Shown: positions 35,850 to 48,215 of the stretch, piece by piece
How the letters are laid out: each line of letters begins with the position of its first letter
Numbering within the stretch: the first letter of the stretch is position 1
Translations under genes and position numbers: made by a program
Assembly: GCA_026936335.1 (NCBI GenBank)
Contig: JAPMXV010000051.1
Span: 310,001 to 374,000 of the forward strand
DNA from: Mantamonas sphyraenae STR306
Lineage: Eukaryota; Protista; CRuMs
Reading direction: 5' to 3'
Length of the DNA stretch: 64,000 nt
The notes under the pieces: generated by a model
The model's database searches: none
The model's input: only the letters and a program-made list of their open reading frames with translations
What the model was told of the DNA's origin: nothing

Positions 35850-37424
35850 ATGTCGTCCGACGACCCTGGCACTACAAGTACCCCCGATGGCGATCTCACC
35901 ATTGACGTGCCCAGTCCCGATGAATACGTGTACACCCCGCGAGTGATCCTGATCACAGGTGGGGCTGGCTTCATGTGCGTTGTGCCGAGTTGCTGGGCCG
36001 TTTTCCGTGTCGCCACCTGCACTCCACTCACATCCTCACTCTCCGTCTGTGGCCTCCTGGCGTCCTCTTTTCACCCTTTTCTCTCTTTGCGGTGTGACAC
36101 AGTGCCTCCCACGTGGTCATACACCTGGTGACTCGCTACCCAGAGTACCGTGTGTTGAACCTGGACAAGCTGGACTATTGCGCGTCGCTGAAGAACCTGG
36201 ACGCCATTCAGGACGCCCCTAATTACAGATTCATCAAAGGCAACATTCTGGATGCGCCGCTGGTGCAAAAATTGCTCAAGGAGGAGCAAGTGGACACGGT
36301 GATGCACTTTGCCGCACAGACACATGTCGGTACGTTGCCCCACGGACGTGTTGGTGGCCATGCCTGGTTAGGGTGTCGATGAGCTTTCTCGTGTGTCCAC
36401 TGCCCCGATTCCCCTGGGATCGAAGCAGCGGTGGCAGTTCCGGGGAAGCGGGATCCCCGGCGCAGCCTTGATTTCGGCACACGCGCACACAGCCTCACAC
36501 ACATACACACACATGCGCGCGATGGTCGCGCTCGCAGACAATTCGTTTGGCAACAGTATGGATTTCTCGTACAACAACATCCTGGGCACACATGTGCTGC
36601 TGGAGGCAGCCAAAGCAGCCGGGGTGGCGCGCTTTGTGCACGTGTCCACGGACGAGGTGTACGGCGAGGTGACCAAAGAGACAGAAGATTGCCTGGAGGA
36701 GAGCCTGTTGGAGCCCACCAATCCGTATGCGGCCACAAAGGTGTCTGCAGAGTTCCTGGTCAAGGCGTACCATCGCAGCTTCAAACTGCCCATGATCATC
36801 ACCCGCGGCAACAATGTGTACGGACCGCACCAATACCCGGAAAAGGTGGTGCCCAAGTTTGTGTGCCTGCTCAACGAAGGCCAGAAAGTGTACATCCATG
36901 GCGACGGCAGCAGCCTGCGCAACTTTATCTATGTCTCGGACGTCGTCTCGGCGTTTGACTACATTCTGCACAAGGGCGACATCGGCTCCATTTACAACGT
37001 GGGCACAGACTGCGAAAAGAGCGTCCTCCAACTCACTTGGGATCTGTTTCGGCTGTATGATCTCGTGGACCAGGACGAAGAGGAGCCCCAGGACGAGGAG
37101 GCACTTCGTACACGTCTCCAGGCGACCGACATGCTGGAATTTGTCAACGACCGTCCTTTCAACGACTACCGCTACGCCATCGACAGCACCCGCCTTCACA
37201 AGCTCGGTTGGAAGCAGAGCGTGCCCTGGCTCGACGGCCTGCGGCGCACCATCGACTGGTACACTCAATATGCTTCCAATTGGGAGGAGTGGAAGAGTGC
37301 CCTTGTCGCCCATCCCACCTTTTGGGAATTTGGGGTCCCCGTGCAAAGCGATAGCCAGGGCGAGGGGCAAGCTGATGGCGGCGGCGACCTCAAACAGGCA
37401 AGCAACGATGAGGGTAACAAGTGA
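35850..37424 (+). CDS. UDP/dTDP-D-glucose 4,6-dehydratase (TGDS / RHM N-terminal type)
   Basis: ITGGAGFIASH, NLDKLDYCAS, MHFAAQTHVDNSFGNS, HVSTDEVYG, PTNPYAATK, ITRGNNVYGPHQYPEK, DRPFND.RY; two introns. Confidence 0.92.
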
Positions 37425-37448
37425 ACTGCAATGAAACATCCCTTTGTT

Positions 37449-39001
37449 TCAACTGCTGCTGCTGCTGCTGCTGCTGCCACTGCTGTTGTTGTTGTCTGCC
37501 CGTTGAAGCAAGGCTGTCTTGATGGGATCCAGAGCCCACCATTCCTCGGTCCCCCGCTTTGGATTGGCCACATGGTCCTGCACGGCAGCAAGCAAAACAT
37601 CCAACTGAGTCTGATCCTGCATCCACGGATTCTGTACAAGCTGGGGTGGATCAAATTCAGAGGAAGGGCTGCCATCGGGGGAGAGTCCCATGTCCTGGAG
37701 AAACAGTCGTGCCTCTTGAACGGGTGGGTCGTTCTTGTCGTGTGTGATGTGCAACACAGACAATGCTTGCCTGTACACATGCTCAAGCAGCCCGAGGCGC
37801 TCCTTGTTTGCAGAGTGGCTGTGTTCGGCCATCATGGCATGGAGCAAACGGCCCCACATGAGGGTTTGCAGGCCGATCAGAGGGTGATTTCGTAGTACAC
37901 GGCTTTGTACATGTCCAACGTGTCGCCTGCGAGACGAGCAGCTGCCTCCCATTGCTGTGCGTACACATGCATGTCCAGCAGGGACGACCGCCAGGACATC
38001 AGCTGACGATCCAGTGACCCAGCCAGCTTGGCCACCATGGCCTCGACAAGAAGAAGCACGTCGGTGGCGTATGGCCCCGACGGAGATGTGCCCATCAGTT
38101 CAGCCTGCAGCTCCTCGTCGAGGAGTGCAAAGGCATCCAGGCTTGCGTCCAGGTCTGCGTCGTAGTCAGAAGTGCAAACGGTACAGGTGCACTCAAAATG
38201 GTACATGCGTTCCAGTTCCCTGTGCCGATGTGCGCGTGACGCGTATGTGTCGACATAGGAGATAAGCACCTCCTCGCCAGCCTCGATGGGTCGCAGACTG
38301 CGCAGCCGTCCCACTCCCTGATGGAAAACCACGACGGCGTTGGGAGCACACGCATGATTGCACATGCTCAGCATCGGGTACATGCCATCGCCCATGTCTT
38401 GCAGCTCTGCGTTTGTGACGGTGAAGTTGTTGCATTCGAACATGGCGAGCAGGCCCACGACGTGTTCCAGATCCACACTGCTGGCAAACTTGGGTGCCAC
38501 AAACGTGAGGATGAGTGCTGCGTACTCGCTCAGCTCACGGATTCGTGCGGTGGACAGTTTGTCCACGTGGTGGCTCATGAGCTTTTCGGCAGCCTCGTTT
38601 CCGGCATGGGTGGATCCCTGCGGACGCTGAAGGACTCTGCCAGCCAAAAGCATGGTTTTCGTGGGTTTGTGCGGATGCACCCTACGAATGCCCTTGCACT
38701 CCACCTTGTGGTGCACCCAGTCGTGCTTTTGGCACGCGGCGGAACAGTAGCGCACAAACTGGCAACGAGAGCACTTCATCAGTTCCACGGATGCCATTCC
38801 CCATTCCTGCGCTTGTCGGAAGCAGCCACTGCAACGGTTTGGCTCTGTGTCCGGGTTGACGACGCAGGCGAGGGGCGCGTTGACGAGAAGCTCGGTGCCA
38901 GCCTCGACACCGGCCGCTGCCACTACGTGATAGCCACGTTCGGTGTTGTGAGCCACCTGCACGCAACTGTTCTCCACAAGCCATGCATTGAGGTCCTCCA
39001 T
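37449..39001 (-). CDS. SMYD-family SET/MYND lysine methyltransferase
   Basis: Split SET with MYND CSGC..CSRC..YCSAACQKHDW..H..EC, NHACAPN, ISYV, FECTCTVC; C-terminal helical domain (NHPLIGLQ) continues after a one-base frame break at ~37889. Confidence 0.88.
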
Positions 39002-39065
39002 GGTGGGGGGGCACAAGTGGGATGGGGTGCGCAGGCGCGGGCAACGCAGAAGAGACGAGACAACA

Positions 39066-42045
39066 ATGGCCGACTCGGTGTCCAGTGAGTGCAGCGGGAT
39101 GAGAGGGCGTGTGCGACGTGGCATGGGGCCTTGAGACGAGCGTGGGGTTACATCCCCAACCGGTGTGACCATGAGATGCCATACTGACATGGATGGTGGG
39201 TGGCGCCAAAGTTCCAACGGCTGTTTCGTCACAGCTGCTCTTGTTGGACCAGCAGCAGCGGCTGAATGACTCGCATGCAAACCACAGTCTTGACAGATTT
39301 CTGCTGAGTACCAAACCTCGGGGCGACTGTGAACAGTTCTTGGGCAAACCGTGTGTGTGTGTGGAGCACGAGGGCGAGGACGACAACGACGACCATGACG
39401 CGACCCATCCCCACTTTTCCAAGCAGTTCCTCAAAGGGATGCGGGAAAGCACACACGCAACCAACCTGAGCATTCAGTTTCCGGCCAATTCGTCCATTGG
39501 GAGCCGTCTGGCAGCACAGAATGCAGCACAGCAGCAGCAATCGGTGCGAGCGAGTGCGTCCAGCCGCGGAGCGAAAATCGACATGAGCTCGTTTTCCGTG
39601 GGCGTTCCGCTCCCGGGACGATCCCGGGTCACACAGGATGTGTATGGGGAGTTTGGTACAGGGTCTTCGTCGTCGTCGTCATCGTACCAGGCTTACCAAT
39701 CACGCTTGAGTGCGTACGACCGGGTGGTGTTGTCGGACCGCATTGGCAGCCCCGAAACGAGCGGGATGTACGACGACTACAACGGAGACATGGACGAAGG
39801 CGACGACGAGTTGGCAGGGCTGCCACCGCGTCAACCGCGCGTGCGTCCGAGCAGCAGTCCGAACCAGGGGGCGTTTGCCCGCAGAAGTCTTTTTGTCATT
39901 GACGAGGCTGAGTTGCGCGGCGATGAGGCGGACGGGGACGAAGTGCAACGGCAGAAGCGCATCAGTGAGCAAATTCGGGAGTTTCAGATGCGTGATCAGC
40001 GACTGTCCAGCAACCGATCCATGCGTGGTAGCACGTCGGGGGGCGACTACATGAGTGGGGGACACCAGCAACAGGGTGGCATGACGCGCACATTGTCTGC
40101 CAACCAGGTTCCGTCGTCGTCGCTTGGTGGCCATCAACACCACCACGGGGGACAAGACACAGCAAGCGTGTCATTCTACGGCGACGGGGAGTCGAGGGCC
40201 ACGACACCAACGCCATCGGGACGCACGACACCAAGCTCCAGCACAACGGCGGGTGGTGGAGGCGGCGGAGTCGGTGCAGTGGATGACATCCAGATGCACC
40301 TGCAGCGTGTGGCGGAGGGGACGGATCCGCGGCTGTTGTTGCAGAAGAGCAAGAGCTTCGCCAACGTGAATGCGGCCATGACGGACAACCACGACAGCCC
40401 TGGGGACAACATGCAGCCACGACGCGGGGGACGATTGCGACGCACTGGGTCGCAGAACAACGTGTTTGACGACCCGCGGTCGCCGGGGAGGCCGTCGTCC
40501 CGTGCGTCGCAGTACAGCCGGGACGGGTCGGGATCGCCGGGGGCAGGCTCTCTCGACGGCTTTGACAACCTGTACTACGCCAACAACGGGCCGGGGAGTG
40601 CTGTCTTGCAGGGGGAGCCTGTAAACGGGAACGGGGCCGGGGTGGCGTACAACCACCTCGGGGCAGAGGTGCCGGAGGACGAGGAGCACATTGCGGATCC
40701 TCGGGCGTGGCAGGAGCGAGAGAAGCAGAAGGGAAAGATGCGGATGAACGAACTGGCGCAGCCAAAGGGGAAGAAGGGAAAGGTGAGCAAGCGACAGGCA
40801 CGGGAGAACCAGGCCATGGAGGAGTACATCAACAGTGCCATTGCGGCGGCGGCAGAGGATCGCTTTCGACGTGGGGAGGAGTACAAGCGGCAGCTGCGCC
40901 GGGGCGTGTCGGAGGGAGCGAGTCAGAGTCGCGGGGAGAGTGGGTGGGCGGAGTTTGCCACGACGTCAACGACCACAAGCACCACGACGCGGCGAGAGAC
41001 GACGGGCAAGAAGGTGAAACGAACGCTGGCGGGTGGAAGCAGCAAGAAGGGGGCAAAGAAGAAGGGGAGCAAGAAGGGCAGCAGCAGCAGCAGCAGCAAG
41101 AAGAACACAGAGAAGCAGCAGCAAGCGGCGAGCGACAAAGCGTGGAAGCGCAATGCGTTGGGCAAGAAGAAGAAGAAGCGGCTGGATGCGATCCGGGAAA
41201 AGAGGGAGCAGATGGAAGGTCTGTGGACGGACGGGGATGAAGAGGACGCCAAGGCAGCGAACAAGGGCAAGGGAACAGGGAAAAAGGGAGGGTCAGGATC
41301 CAAGGCCGGGGTGGATGAAGGACAGGCGCATGTGGACGACGTGGTTGGCACAAAGGCGTTTGCAGGGGGCGAGGAGGGTGGGACGGCGGAGGCGGATGGA
41401 AGTGGAGCCGCGGGTAGGAGTGGCACAGGGAAACGGGGCAAGAAGAAGAAATCCGGGGTCAAGAAGGTGGGCAAGAAGAAGAAAGGCAGCGGGAAGAAGA
41501 AAGGGGGCGGCAGCAGCAGTGGAGTGGTGCCGCGGATGGTGTGGATGGAGGACAAGGAGAACCATGAGCACCACCACCATCACGGACGATCGGTAAAGGC
41601 ACTGCGGAAGAGCGCCCGGCACCAGCAGATGGAGTTTCAGGAAGTGGTGGAACACTTTTCGCCGCGCAAGGGAGGCAGCAGCACGGCGCGGTCGGCACGC
41701 AGCCACCGCAGTCTGGTGTACGACTCGGACGGGAGCGAGAAGGACGTGGCAGTGGTGTACAATGGGCCGTGTGTGTGTGGAGCACTGACGCCACGCAGGC
41801 GGTATGCGCCGCCAAAGATGAAGGTGCCGGACGCGGAGGAGCTGTCGCACTATCCCGTGCACGTGCTCATTCGCAAGTATTTGACGCCGCAGGACCATTT
41901 GTACGAGTGTGAACGGCACGGGAAGCGACGGGCAAAGAGGCAGAAGGAGGAGCTGCGGGACGCATACATTGATCCCGAGGCATGGCGGAAGAGTCTGCGT
42001 GCGAGTGATGAGGGACGCAAGAGTGGAAAGAGGAGGCAGAGGTGA
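39066..42045 (+). CDS. Large low-complexity hypothetical protein (S/G-rich, K-rich, Cys/His-containing termini)
   Basis: About 950 open codons with coding-like composition; short first exon MADSVS, intron ~39085-39211 with TACTGAC branch site. Confidence 0.7.
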
Positions 42046-42087
42046 ACGGTGGGTGCGTGAGTTGATGAAATTGTGTTTTCATGTCGT

Positions 42088-44023
42088 TCAGGCCGCCTGC
42101 AGCGAACGACGTTCCTCCATCTTGTGCCGCCTCTCACGGCATCGTTCAACAAACCCAAGGGTGTCCTGGCTCACCGAGTCGGCCTGCTCCTGCACAAGTG
42201 CGTCGGCGTCGTCAAACTTGCCGATGCGAGCAAACTTGCGGATGAGAAGCTCGCGGGTCTCTGGACGGGGAGCGACAGAGCCATCGGCGAGGGCCTGACG
42301 CCAGAAAAGGAGGCCTTCCTCAGCCTTGCCACAGACGACATGAGCCTCCACACCGAGGTGGACTGTCTCCCAGTTGGGGGAAATGCCGTGCTCGAGCATC
42401 TCCTGCTGGACCTTGAGGGCGGCGTCGATCTGCTTGGTACGAACGCACGCGAGAAGGAGGGCGTTGTACGTGGCCACGTCCTCGCGCACCTCAAACAGCT
42501 GTTGCATGTCGCCAAAGGTGCCAAAGGCGCGATCGAAATCGCCGAGTTGTGCGCAGGCGCGGATGACCGCGTTGACGGCGGCGGTGGTGACGAGGGAGGG
42601 TGCTTCGTCACGCAATTGGACGAGCGTAAAGTAAGAAGCGTCTGCGTTGTTCCTGCTCTGGCCACAGGCGACGGCGAGGCGCTTGAGGGTGCCGTCGTTT
42701 GCCGGGAGGGCGTTTTCGGCCATGTAGTGCAGGGCACGAAAGGCCTTTTCAACCTCACCGGCACAGGCGTAGGTGTGGACGAGGGCATTGGCTGCCACGT
42801 GACCCGGGGCAATCTGTGCGTTCATGTAGGCCTGCCAACCAGCCTCAGCCCAGGGCACACTGGCCACCTGTGCGGCGCTGGTGATCATGCGCAGAATGGT
42901 GCCCTCATCGAGCACAGTGCCAAACCCACTGAGGGCATTGCTTGCATGCAGACCCAGATCTGCGTCCAGGCGGTCCAAGGCAAGGCTCAGCGCACGCGAG
43001 TACATTTGTCCTGTGGGCAGCATGTCCTTGGATTCCATCAGCTGCAGCGCCTGTTGCACCTTTGCTGTGTCTCGAGAGGACAGTGTGGCGTTGAGGAGGG
43101 CGCCGTACACTTCGAGGCTGGGGCGGATGCCTGTGTGCGAGATGACGACGAGTGGGCGAGTGGGGGTGTGAGTGATGGGGTGTTTGGGGGGCTGCTGATG
43201 GGACATGCACACGCACACACATACCGACGGCTTCCATCTCCTCAAGCGTGGCAAAGGCTTCGCTGACGTAGCGAGGTTCGCTGCCAAAGGCAATGAGGAG
43301 TTCGGTGTAAACGTCGCGATCCTTGATGGGGCCGAGGGCACGCAGGGCGTCGCGAGCCTGCACAGCACGTCGTACGCGGCGACGGTTGCCAGCGGCACGA
43401 ATAAGATTGGTGTAGAGCATGGAGATGCCCTTGGGGTCGCCTGGGGAGGTCTGGAGGTGGAGGGGAGGGAGCCCGGACGCGGTTGCATCGTCGCCCTGCA
43501 TGCCTGCCAGGATGCGGTCGAGGTAGGCAAAGGCGTCGTCGAAGCGGCCGCTGTGGCCGAGGGCAGTGACGACTGCCTGCATTGTGGCGAGGCTGGGCAT
43601 TGTTTCCGAGTCACTTTCCTGCATTTGCTTCCACAGGTTGAGGACGTTTCGCCACTTGCGCTGCTTCAGCTGTTCGTACAGCCGCTGGTTCCACACGGGG
43701 AGCATGTCGCGTCCCACGTCCTCGTTTCCGCCCTGTTCCTGTTCGTCGCCTTTGTTGCCAGTGCTGCTGAACGCACGCGTGACAATGGCCCCACGAGCAG
43801 TCGGGGGCACGTGTGCAAGCGGCCCAAACGCGGACGACGACGACGATTGTGTCTGCAGGCTCGCCGTGGCAGCCAGCGCGGAGGCGGAGGAGGAGGAGGA
43901 AGAGGAGGCCACACGAGCATGGAGGGTGGTGATGGTACGACGCGGAGCATGTTGGGCAGCGGCATGGACCAGGCTACGGCCGGCACGCAATGTATTGGAA
44001 ACAACTCGGCGACGACCAAACAT
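42088..44023 (-). CDS. Pentatricopeptide-repeat protein, probably mitochondrial
   Basis: R/S/A-rich N-terminal presequence; 35-aa repeats such as YTNLIRAAG, AVNAVIRACAQLGDFDRAF, VATYNALLLAC; one intron ~43223-43132. Confidence 0.85.
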
Positions 44024-44042
44024 GGACGGGGTTGCTGGGGAT

Positions 44043-45401
44043 CTAAACTGTCTGCGATGGCGCAGTGGATGCCACACGCTCGTCGTCTGTGGATAGACTG
44101 GTCATGCGCATGCGCACACGATCGAGCTCATCTTCAAGAACCAGGCGATGTGAATCGAAGCGCACTTCGAGGGCAAGCTCCACGTTGTGCACACGCTCCA
44201 GGGCCTGGGCGAGGGCGTCGCGGACGCGTGCCTCGAGAGTGATGTTGGCCAGGGAGGAGGTTGTGCGCAGGGCGGTTTGCAACAGTTGTACGGCGTCGTC
44301 GTCTTGGCCCAGGTGTTCCTTGCAGGCGGCGAGGGAGTACAGGGCAATGGTGGTGGAGTGTGCGTCGTCGGTGTCCTGCAACAGCGCAAGCTGGGTTTCT
44401 GCGTGTTGGCTGGCCTCGTGCCATTGGTCCAAGAGCATGTGGTCGGTGCACATGAGGCCATGTGCCAGGGCCAGCCCAACGGGGTCGTGGTCGTCGCCGA
44501 CGGCATCGTCCTGACGACACAGTTCGGCGTAGTGGGAATGACACTCCAGGGACAATTGGGGTTGCTCCAGCATTTGGTAGGCAAAGCCCATGTTGAGATA
44601 GACGGACGGGTGGACGTCGCCTCCGAGGTCGTGGGCGAGACGCACTTCCTGTTGATGGAAGGCCACCACCTGCTCCCAGCGATCGCCCATGAGGAGGAGG
44701 GTGTTGGCCACACCGTTGCAGCTCATAGCCTGCAGGTTGAGGTCGCCCAGGGCGTCCACGAGGTCGTGCATGTCCTGGAACAGGTGTAGGGCGTCGTGGT
44801 AGTTGCCGTTGTCCAACAGGGCGTGTGCGTGGGTGTCCATGGCACGTGCCACTGCCTCTCGGTCGCCCAAAGATGTGTACAAGTGAGTGGCGGTGGCTGC
44901 TTCGTCGATGGCAGCTCCATAGTCTTTGCGTGCCAGGTGTGTGTCTGCCAGGCGTTGGGCCACGCGTGCCTGAGAGGTCACGTCGCCCAGCTCGTCGCTC
45001 AGCAGACGCAGTTGGTCCAGCGAGTCGAGGGCCGCTTGGATGTGTCCTGCGCACAGATACACCTCATGGATGTGCCACAGACACAGGCCAGCCTCTGCCT
45101 TGTCGCCCTGTTTGAGCCAGAGGGCAAACGCTTCCTTCCACGAGCGGCATGCGCCCTGGTAGTCGCCCATGGCGTCGCGGCAGTGAGCAATCTGGTGCAT
45201 GGCACGCCCGGCCAGGTGGGGCAGATCTGCTTTGCGTGCCATGGTCAGGGCGTCTGTGTACTCTTGCAGGGCGGCGTTGTACAACCCTTGTGCCTCCTGC
45301 ACGTTGCCGATGTCCACAATGGCATGGATGCGTGCTTCGTCGTCGTTGCCCGGTGCGTCGACCCATGTGCGCATGTGGGCGAGGAGGGAGGTTGCGCTCA
45401 T
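44043..45401 (-). CDS. TPR-repeat protein
   Basis: IGNVQEAQGLYNAALQEY, YLNMGFAYQML, ALYSLAACKEHLG; the upstream part of the ORF-track ORF is antisense to the next gene. Confidence 0.75.
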   Translation of the reverse strand: MSATSLLAHMRTWVDAPGNDDEARIHAIVDIGNVQEAQGLYNAALQEYTDALTMARKADLPHLAGRAMHQIAHCRDAMGDYQGACRSWKEAFALWLKQGDKAEAGLCLWHIHEVYLCAGHIQAALDSLDQLRLLSDELGDVTSQARVAQRLADTHLARKDYGAAIDEAATATHLYTSLGDREAVARAMDTHAHALLDNGNYHDALHLFQDMHDLVDALGDLNLQAMSCNGVANTLLLMGDRWEQVVAFHQQEVRLAHDLGGDVHPSVYLNMGFAYQMLEQPQLSLECHSHYAELCRQDDAVGDDHDPVGLALAHGLMCTDHMLLDQWHEASQHAETQLALLQDTDDAHSTTIALYSLAACKEHLGQDDDAVQLLQTALRTTSSLANITLEARVRDALAQALERVHNVELALEVRFDSHRLVLEDELDRVRMRMTSLSTDDERVASTAPSQTV

Positions 45402-45437
45402 GGCGAGGCAAGGAAACACGAACGAAACGACCGTCGG

Positions 45438-47021
45438 ATGGGTGTTTTCGTTGGGTCGCATGGCGGGGTGTGGGTCACGGCATGGCTGGTGTTGATGATG
45501 GGCATCGGCATTGGCGTGTGGACGCAGGGACAGCAGTCTCACGTGGACAGGAGGGTGCTGGATGGCCTCGGGTGCGTGCGCTCCGTGGACGACACGGCCT
45601 TGCGTGTGGTGGTGGTCGGAGCTGGGCCCGCAGGGTTGGCAACGGCGTTGAAAATGCGTTGTGCAGGAGCTCGTGTGGTGCTGGTGGAGAAGAGAAGGGC
45701 ATACACGCGCAACGTGTGGTTTGATCTGTACGAAAAGCCCTGGTCCAGCTCGTTGGCGACCGTGAGAGCCTTGGGTGGGTTTGGCAACGATGGACTGGAA
45801 GTGCACAGGCATGGAGGCAACACATCGATTGTGTCTGTACGGTGCCAGGAGCTGGAGCGGTTTCTGTGGCGGCGTCTGGAGGAGGACGGGCAGGTGGAGT
45901 TGCGCAGGGGCTGGGAAATGGTCGAGGTGGACACAGAGGGCGGCAAGGTTGTGCTTCGTAGGAGCGAGAAGCGTGCACGAGAGACGGAAGCGAGTCTGCA
46001 GGAAGATGAGACAGTCAGCTTCGATGTGCTGGTGGGTGCGGATGGACCGCGGAGTCGAGTGCGCACCAAATTGGGCGTGGGCTTTGAACAGGCCGATGGG
46101 TTTCTGGATGCGACTGGTGGGTGGAAGCAAGTGGGCAATGTGTCGCAAACGACGGTGATTGTGTCGTTCCGCGTGGATGAAGGAAGCGGTGAGTGCCCAG
46201 AGGTTCGCAAGGGGGTCGATCCGTGGAGTGTGCGTGTGCCGACGGTGTCTTCTGTGTTTCGGCGCTTCTACAAAGGCCATTGCCACATGCAGATACTGCT
46301 GACGCGAGCTGGAGAGCAGGTGGTGGGCAAGCGCAGGGTGCGTTTGTCCGGTTCGCTGTTTCACCGTCAGCAGGGACGGCGTGGAGAGAGTGGAGGCAAG
46401 GCAGGGGTGTGGATGGATCCGAGCGTGCCTTGGAGGATGATTGGCAGGGTGTACAATTCAGTGGTGGCCGGAAAGCGGTTTCGCAAGGAGGCTGTAGCAT
46501 TGCGGCGGATGAAAGAGACGGATTGGGCATTGTGGAGGGCACTTGAGGAGGACAAAGACAGCAAGGAGGATGATGTGACACACACCTACGATGTGTACGT
46601 TGCCGAGGTGAGGATACGCAGGGCAGAGGAGATGGTGGTGGGGCTGGCCTCGGGACGCATTGCCACGTTTGTCGGCGATGCGTCGGTGACGGCGCACTAC
46701 CGCCTCGGAGTGGGGATCAACAATGTGTTCAACCAAGTGGATGACATGGTGGAGGCGTTTGCGAGCAAAGGCATGCCACGGCCAGGGGACGGGTTCCGCT
46801 GGAAGCGGGCTGTGGAGAGACTGAGAGGACGTGCAACACATCGCGTGGATGGTTTGGTGCAGTACCAGGTGTCAACGATGTGGTACGAGACCCATTGCGA
46901 CGTGGTGGTGTTTGCAGACTTTGCCGCGGAAGAGATGACCTCCTCTCAGCTATTGTACAACCGAAAGTCATGGACAAAAGTGGAGGGTGAAGAGGTGATG
47001 CAACTGTGCGTAGAAGAGTAG
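45438..47021 (+). CDS. FAD-dependent monooxygenase, MICAL-like catalytic domain, with N-terminal signal/anchor
   Basis: VVVVGAGPAG (GxGxxG), GARVVLVEKRRAYTRN, FDVLVGADG (DG), FVGDA..H..LGVGIN (GD); hydrophobic VWVTAWLVLMMGIGIGVW. Confidence 0.8.
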   Translation: MGVFVGSHGGVWVTAWLVLMMGIGIGVWTQGQQSHVDRRVLDGLGCVRSVDDTALRVVVVGAGPAGLATALKMRCAGARVVLVEKRRAYTRNVWFDLYEKPWSSSLATVRALGGFGNDGLEVHRHGGNTSIVSVRCQELERFLWRRLEEDGQVELRRGWEMVEVDTEGGKVVLRRSEKRARETEASLQEDETVSFDVLVGADGPRSRVRTKLGVGFEQADGFLDATGGWKQVGNVSQTTVIVSFRVDEGSGECPEVRKGVDPWSVRVPTVSSVFRRFYKGHCHMQILLTRAGEQVVGKRRVRLSGSLFHRQQGRRGESGGKAGVWMDPSVPWRMIGRVYNSVVAGKRFRKEAVALRRMKETDWALWRALEEDKDSKEDDVTHTYDVYVAEVRIRRAEEMVVGLASGRIATFVGDASVTAHYRLGVGINNVFNQVDDMVEAFASKGMPRPGDGFRWKRAVERLRGRATHRVDGLVQYQVSTMWYETHCDVVVFADFAAEEMTSSQLLYNRKSWTKVEGEEVMQLCVEE

Positions 47022-47106
47022 GAGTGGGAGGGAACCTCGACCTGAATGGATGAGAACAACGAGGAAAAATCCGGGAAACGTCTTGTTGGTGGCAATTCAG
47101 CTCTGA

Positions 47107-48165
47107 TCACGCGGCCTCAGGCTGCTCAAAGTCGTGCACCAGCTCCCAGTTGGGCAGCAGGCTTTGACAGCGTTTGACCCAGCGGGAGAGATGATTGTAT
47201 GGGACGAGCATGTCTGTATCGACAAGTTGCAGTTGGGATATCTGCGCGACGACGCAAACGTCGGCAATGGTGATGGCGTCGCCAGCGAGGAAGAAGGATT
47301 TGCGGGAACTGAGCAAGCTCTCGAGGTCGGCGAGGGCCTTGGCAATGGCGGCGTGGCTCTTTTGTACGGTGGCTTCGGAGTATTCGATTTCCAGCTCTTC
47401 GTCCCACCCGAGGTGTCGAAAGACAACGGTGTTGAGGTTGTCACGGAGGGTGACGACGCTCCAGTCCATGAGCTCCTCCACACGCACGCGTTCAGCCCCG
47501 TCGAGCGGGTAGTACTGCCAGAGCCCGTTGCGTCCGCAGAGATACCTGAGGATGGCGTTGCTCTGGTTCAAATAGAACTTGCCATCGTGGCCTGAACCTG
47601 CGTTCTTCTTCCCTCTCCTTGAGCTGGTGGAAGAGTCTGTGTCGTTGTCCTGTGTTTCGTCCTGCGCTTCCTGTGCCTCGTCCTGGCCGTCTTCCACCTC
47701 GACGATGGGGATGTCTCGATCGCTAAGAAACTCGGGCAGGCCCTCGAGGTCAAGGAGGCTGGTAAACACAAACTGGTAGTCAATGCCGGCGAGTCCACAG
47801 AGGAGGAGAACAGCACGCGTGTCTGCGTTGTGCTTGTCTCCGTACAGGCGCACGGCGTCGGCGCCCAACGGTTTCTCGTGCACGATTTTCACCTTGTTGA
47901 AGCGGTAGGAGCGACTGGTGTCCATAGCTTCGGCGAGTGAGACAGAGCTGCCCGCACGCACGTTTCCACGGCCCTTTACATCCCCGAGGTTGCCAAACGC
48001 AAGTGCGGGCGACTTGGGAGGAAGGTCTGACGCGCTGGTGTCTTCAGCCTCGACGACAGCCTCAGCTTCGGCTTCCACGTGTGCCCGCTGCTGCTTGTCG
48101 TACCCAGATTGGCCATCTGCGCCGGACTTGGGCGACGACGACGACCCTGAGCACACTGCCCCCAT
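47107..48165 (-). CDS. Glutathione S-transferase (theta-like) with acylation-type N-terminal extension
   Basis: VRLYG, IPIVE, LNQSNAILRYL, YYPLD..ER.RVEE.MDW, FLAGDAITIAD; starts MGAVCS. Confidence 0.82.
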   Translation of the reverse strand: MGAVCSGSSSSPKSGADGQSGYDKQQRAHVEAEAEAVVEAEDTSASDLPPKSPALAFGNLGDVKGRGNVRAGSSVSLAEAMDTSRSYRFNKVKIVHEKPLGADAVRLYGDKHNADTRAVLLLCGLAGIDYQFVFTSLLDLEGLPEFLSDRDIPIVEVEDGQDEAQEAQDETQDNDTDSSTSSRRGKKNAGSGHDGKFYLNQSNAILRYLCGRNGLWQYYPLDGAERVRVEELMDWSVVTLRDNLNTVVFRHLGWDEELEIEYSEATVQKSHAAIAKALADLESLLSSRKSFFLAGDAITIADVCVVAQISQLQLVDTDMLVPYNHLSRWVKRCQSLLPNWELVHDFEQPEAA

Positions 48166-48215
48166 GCAGTCCCCTGTGGTTTTCTTTTGGCACGGTGCGT
48201 GCGGGGTTCGGAGGT

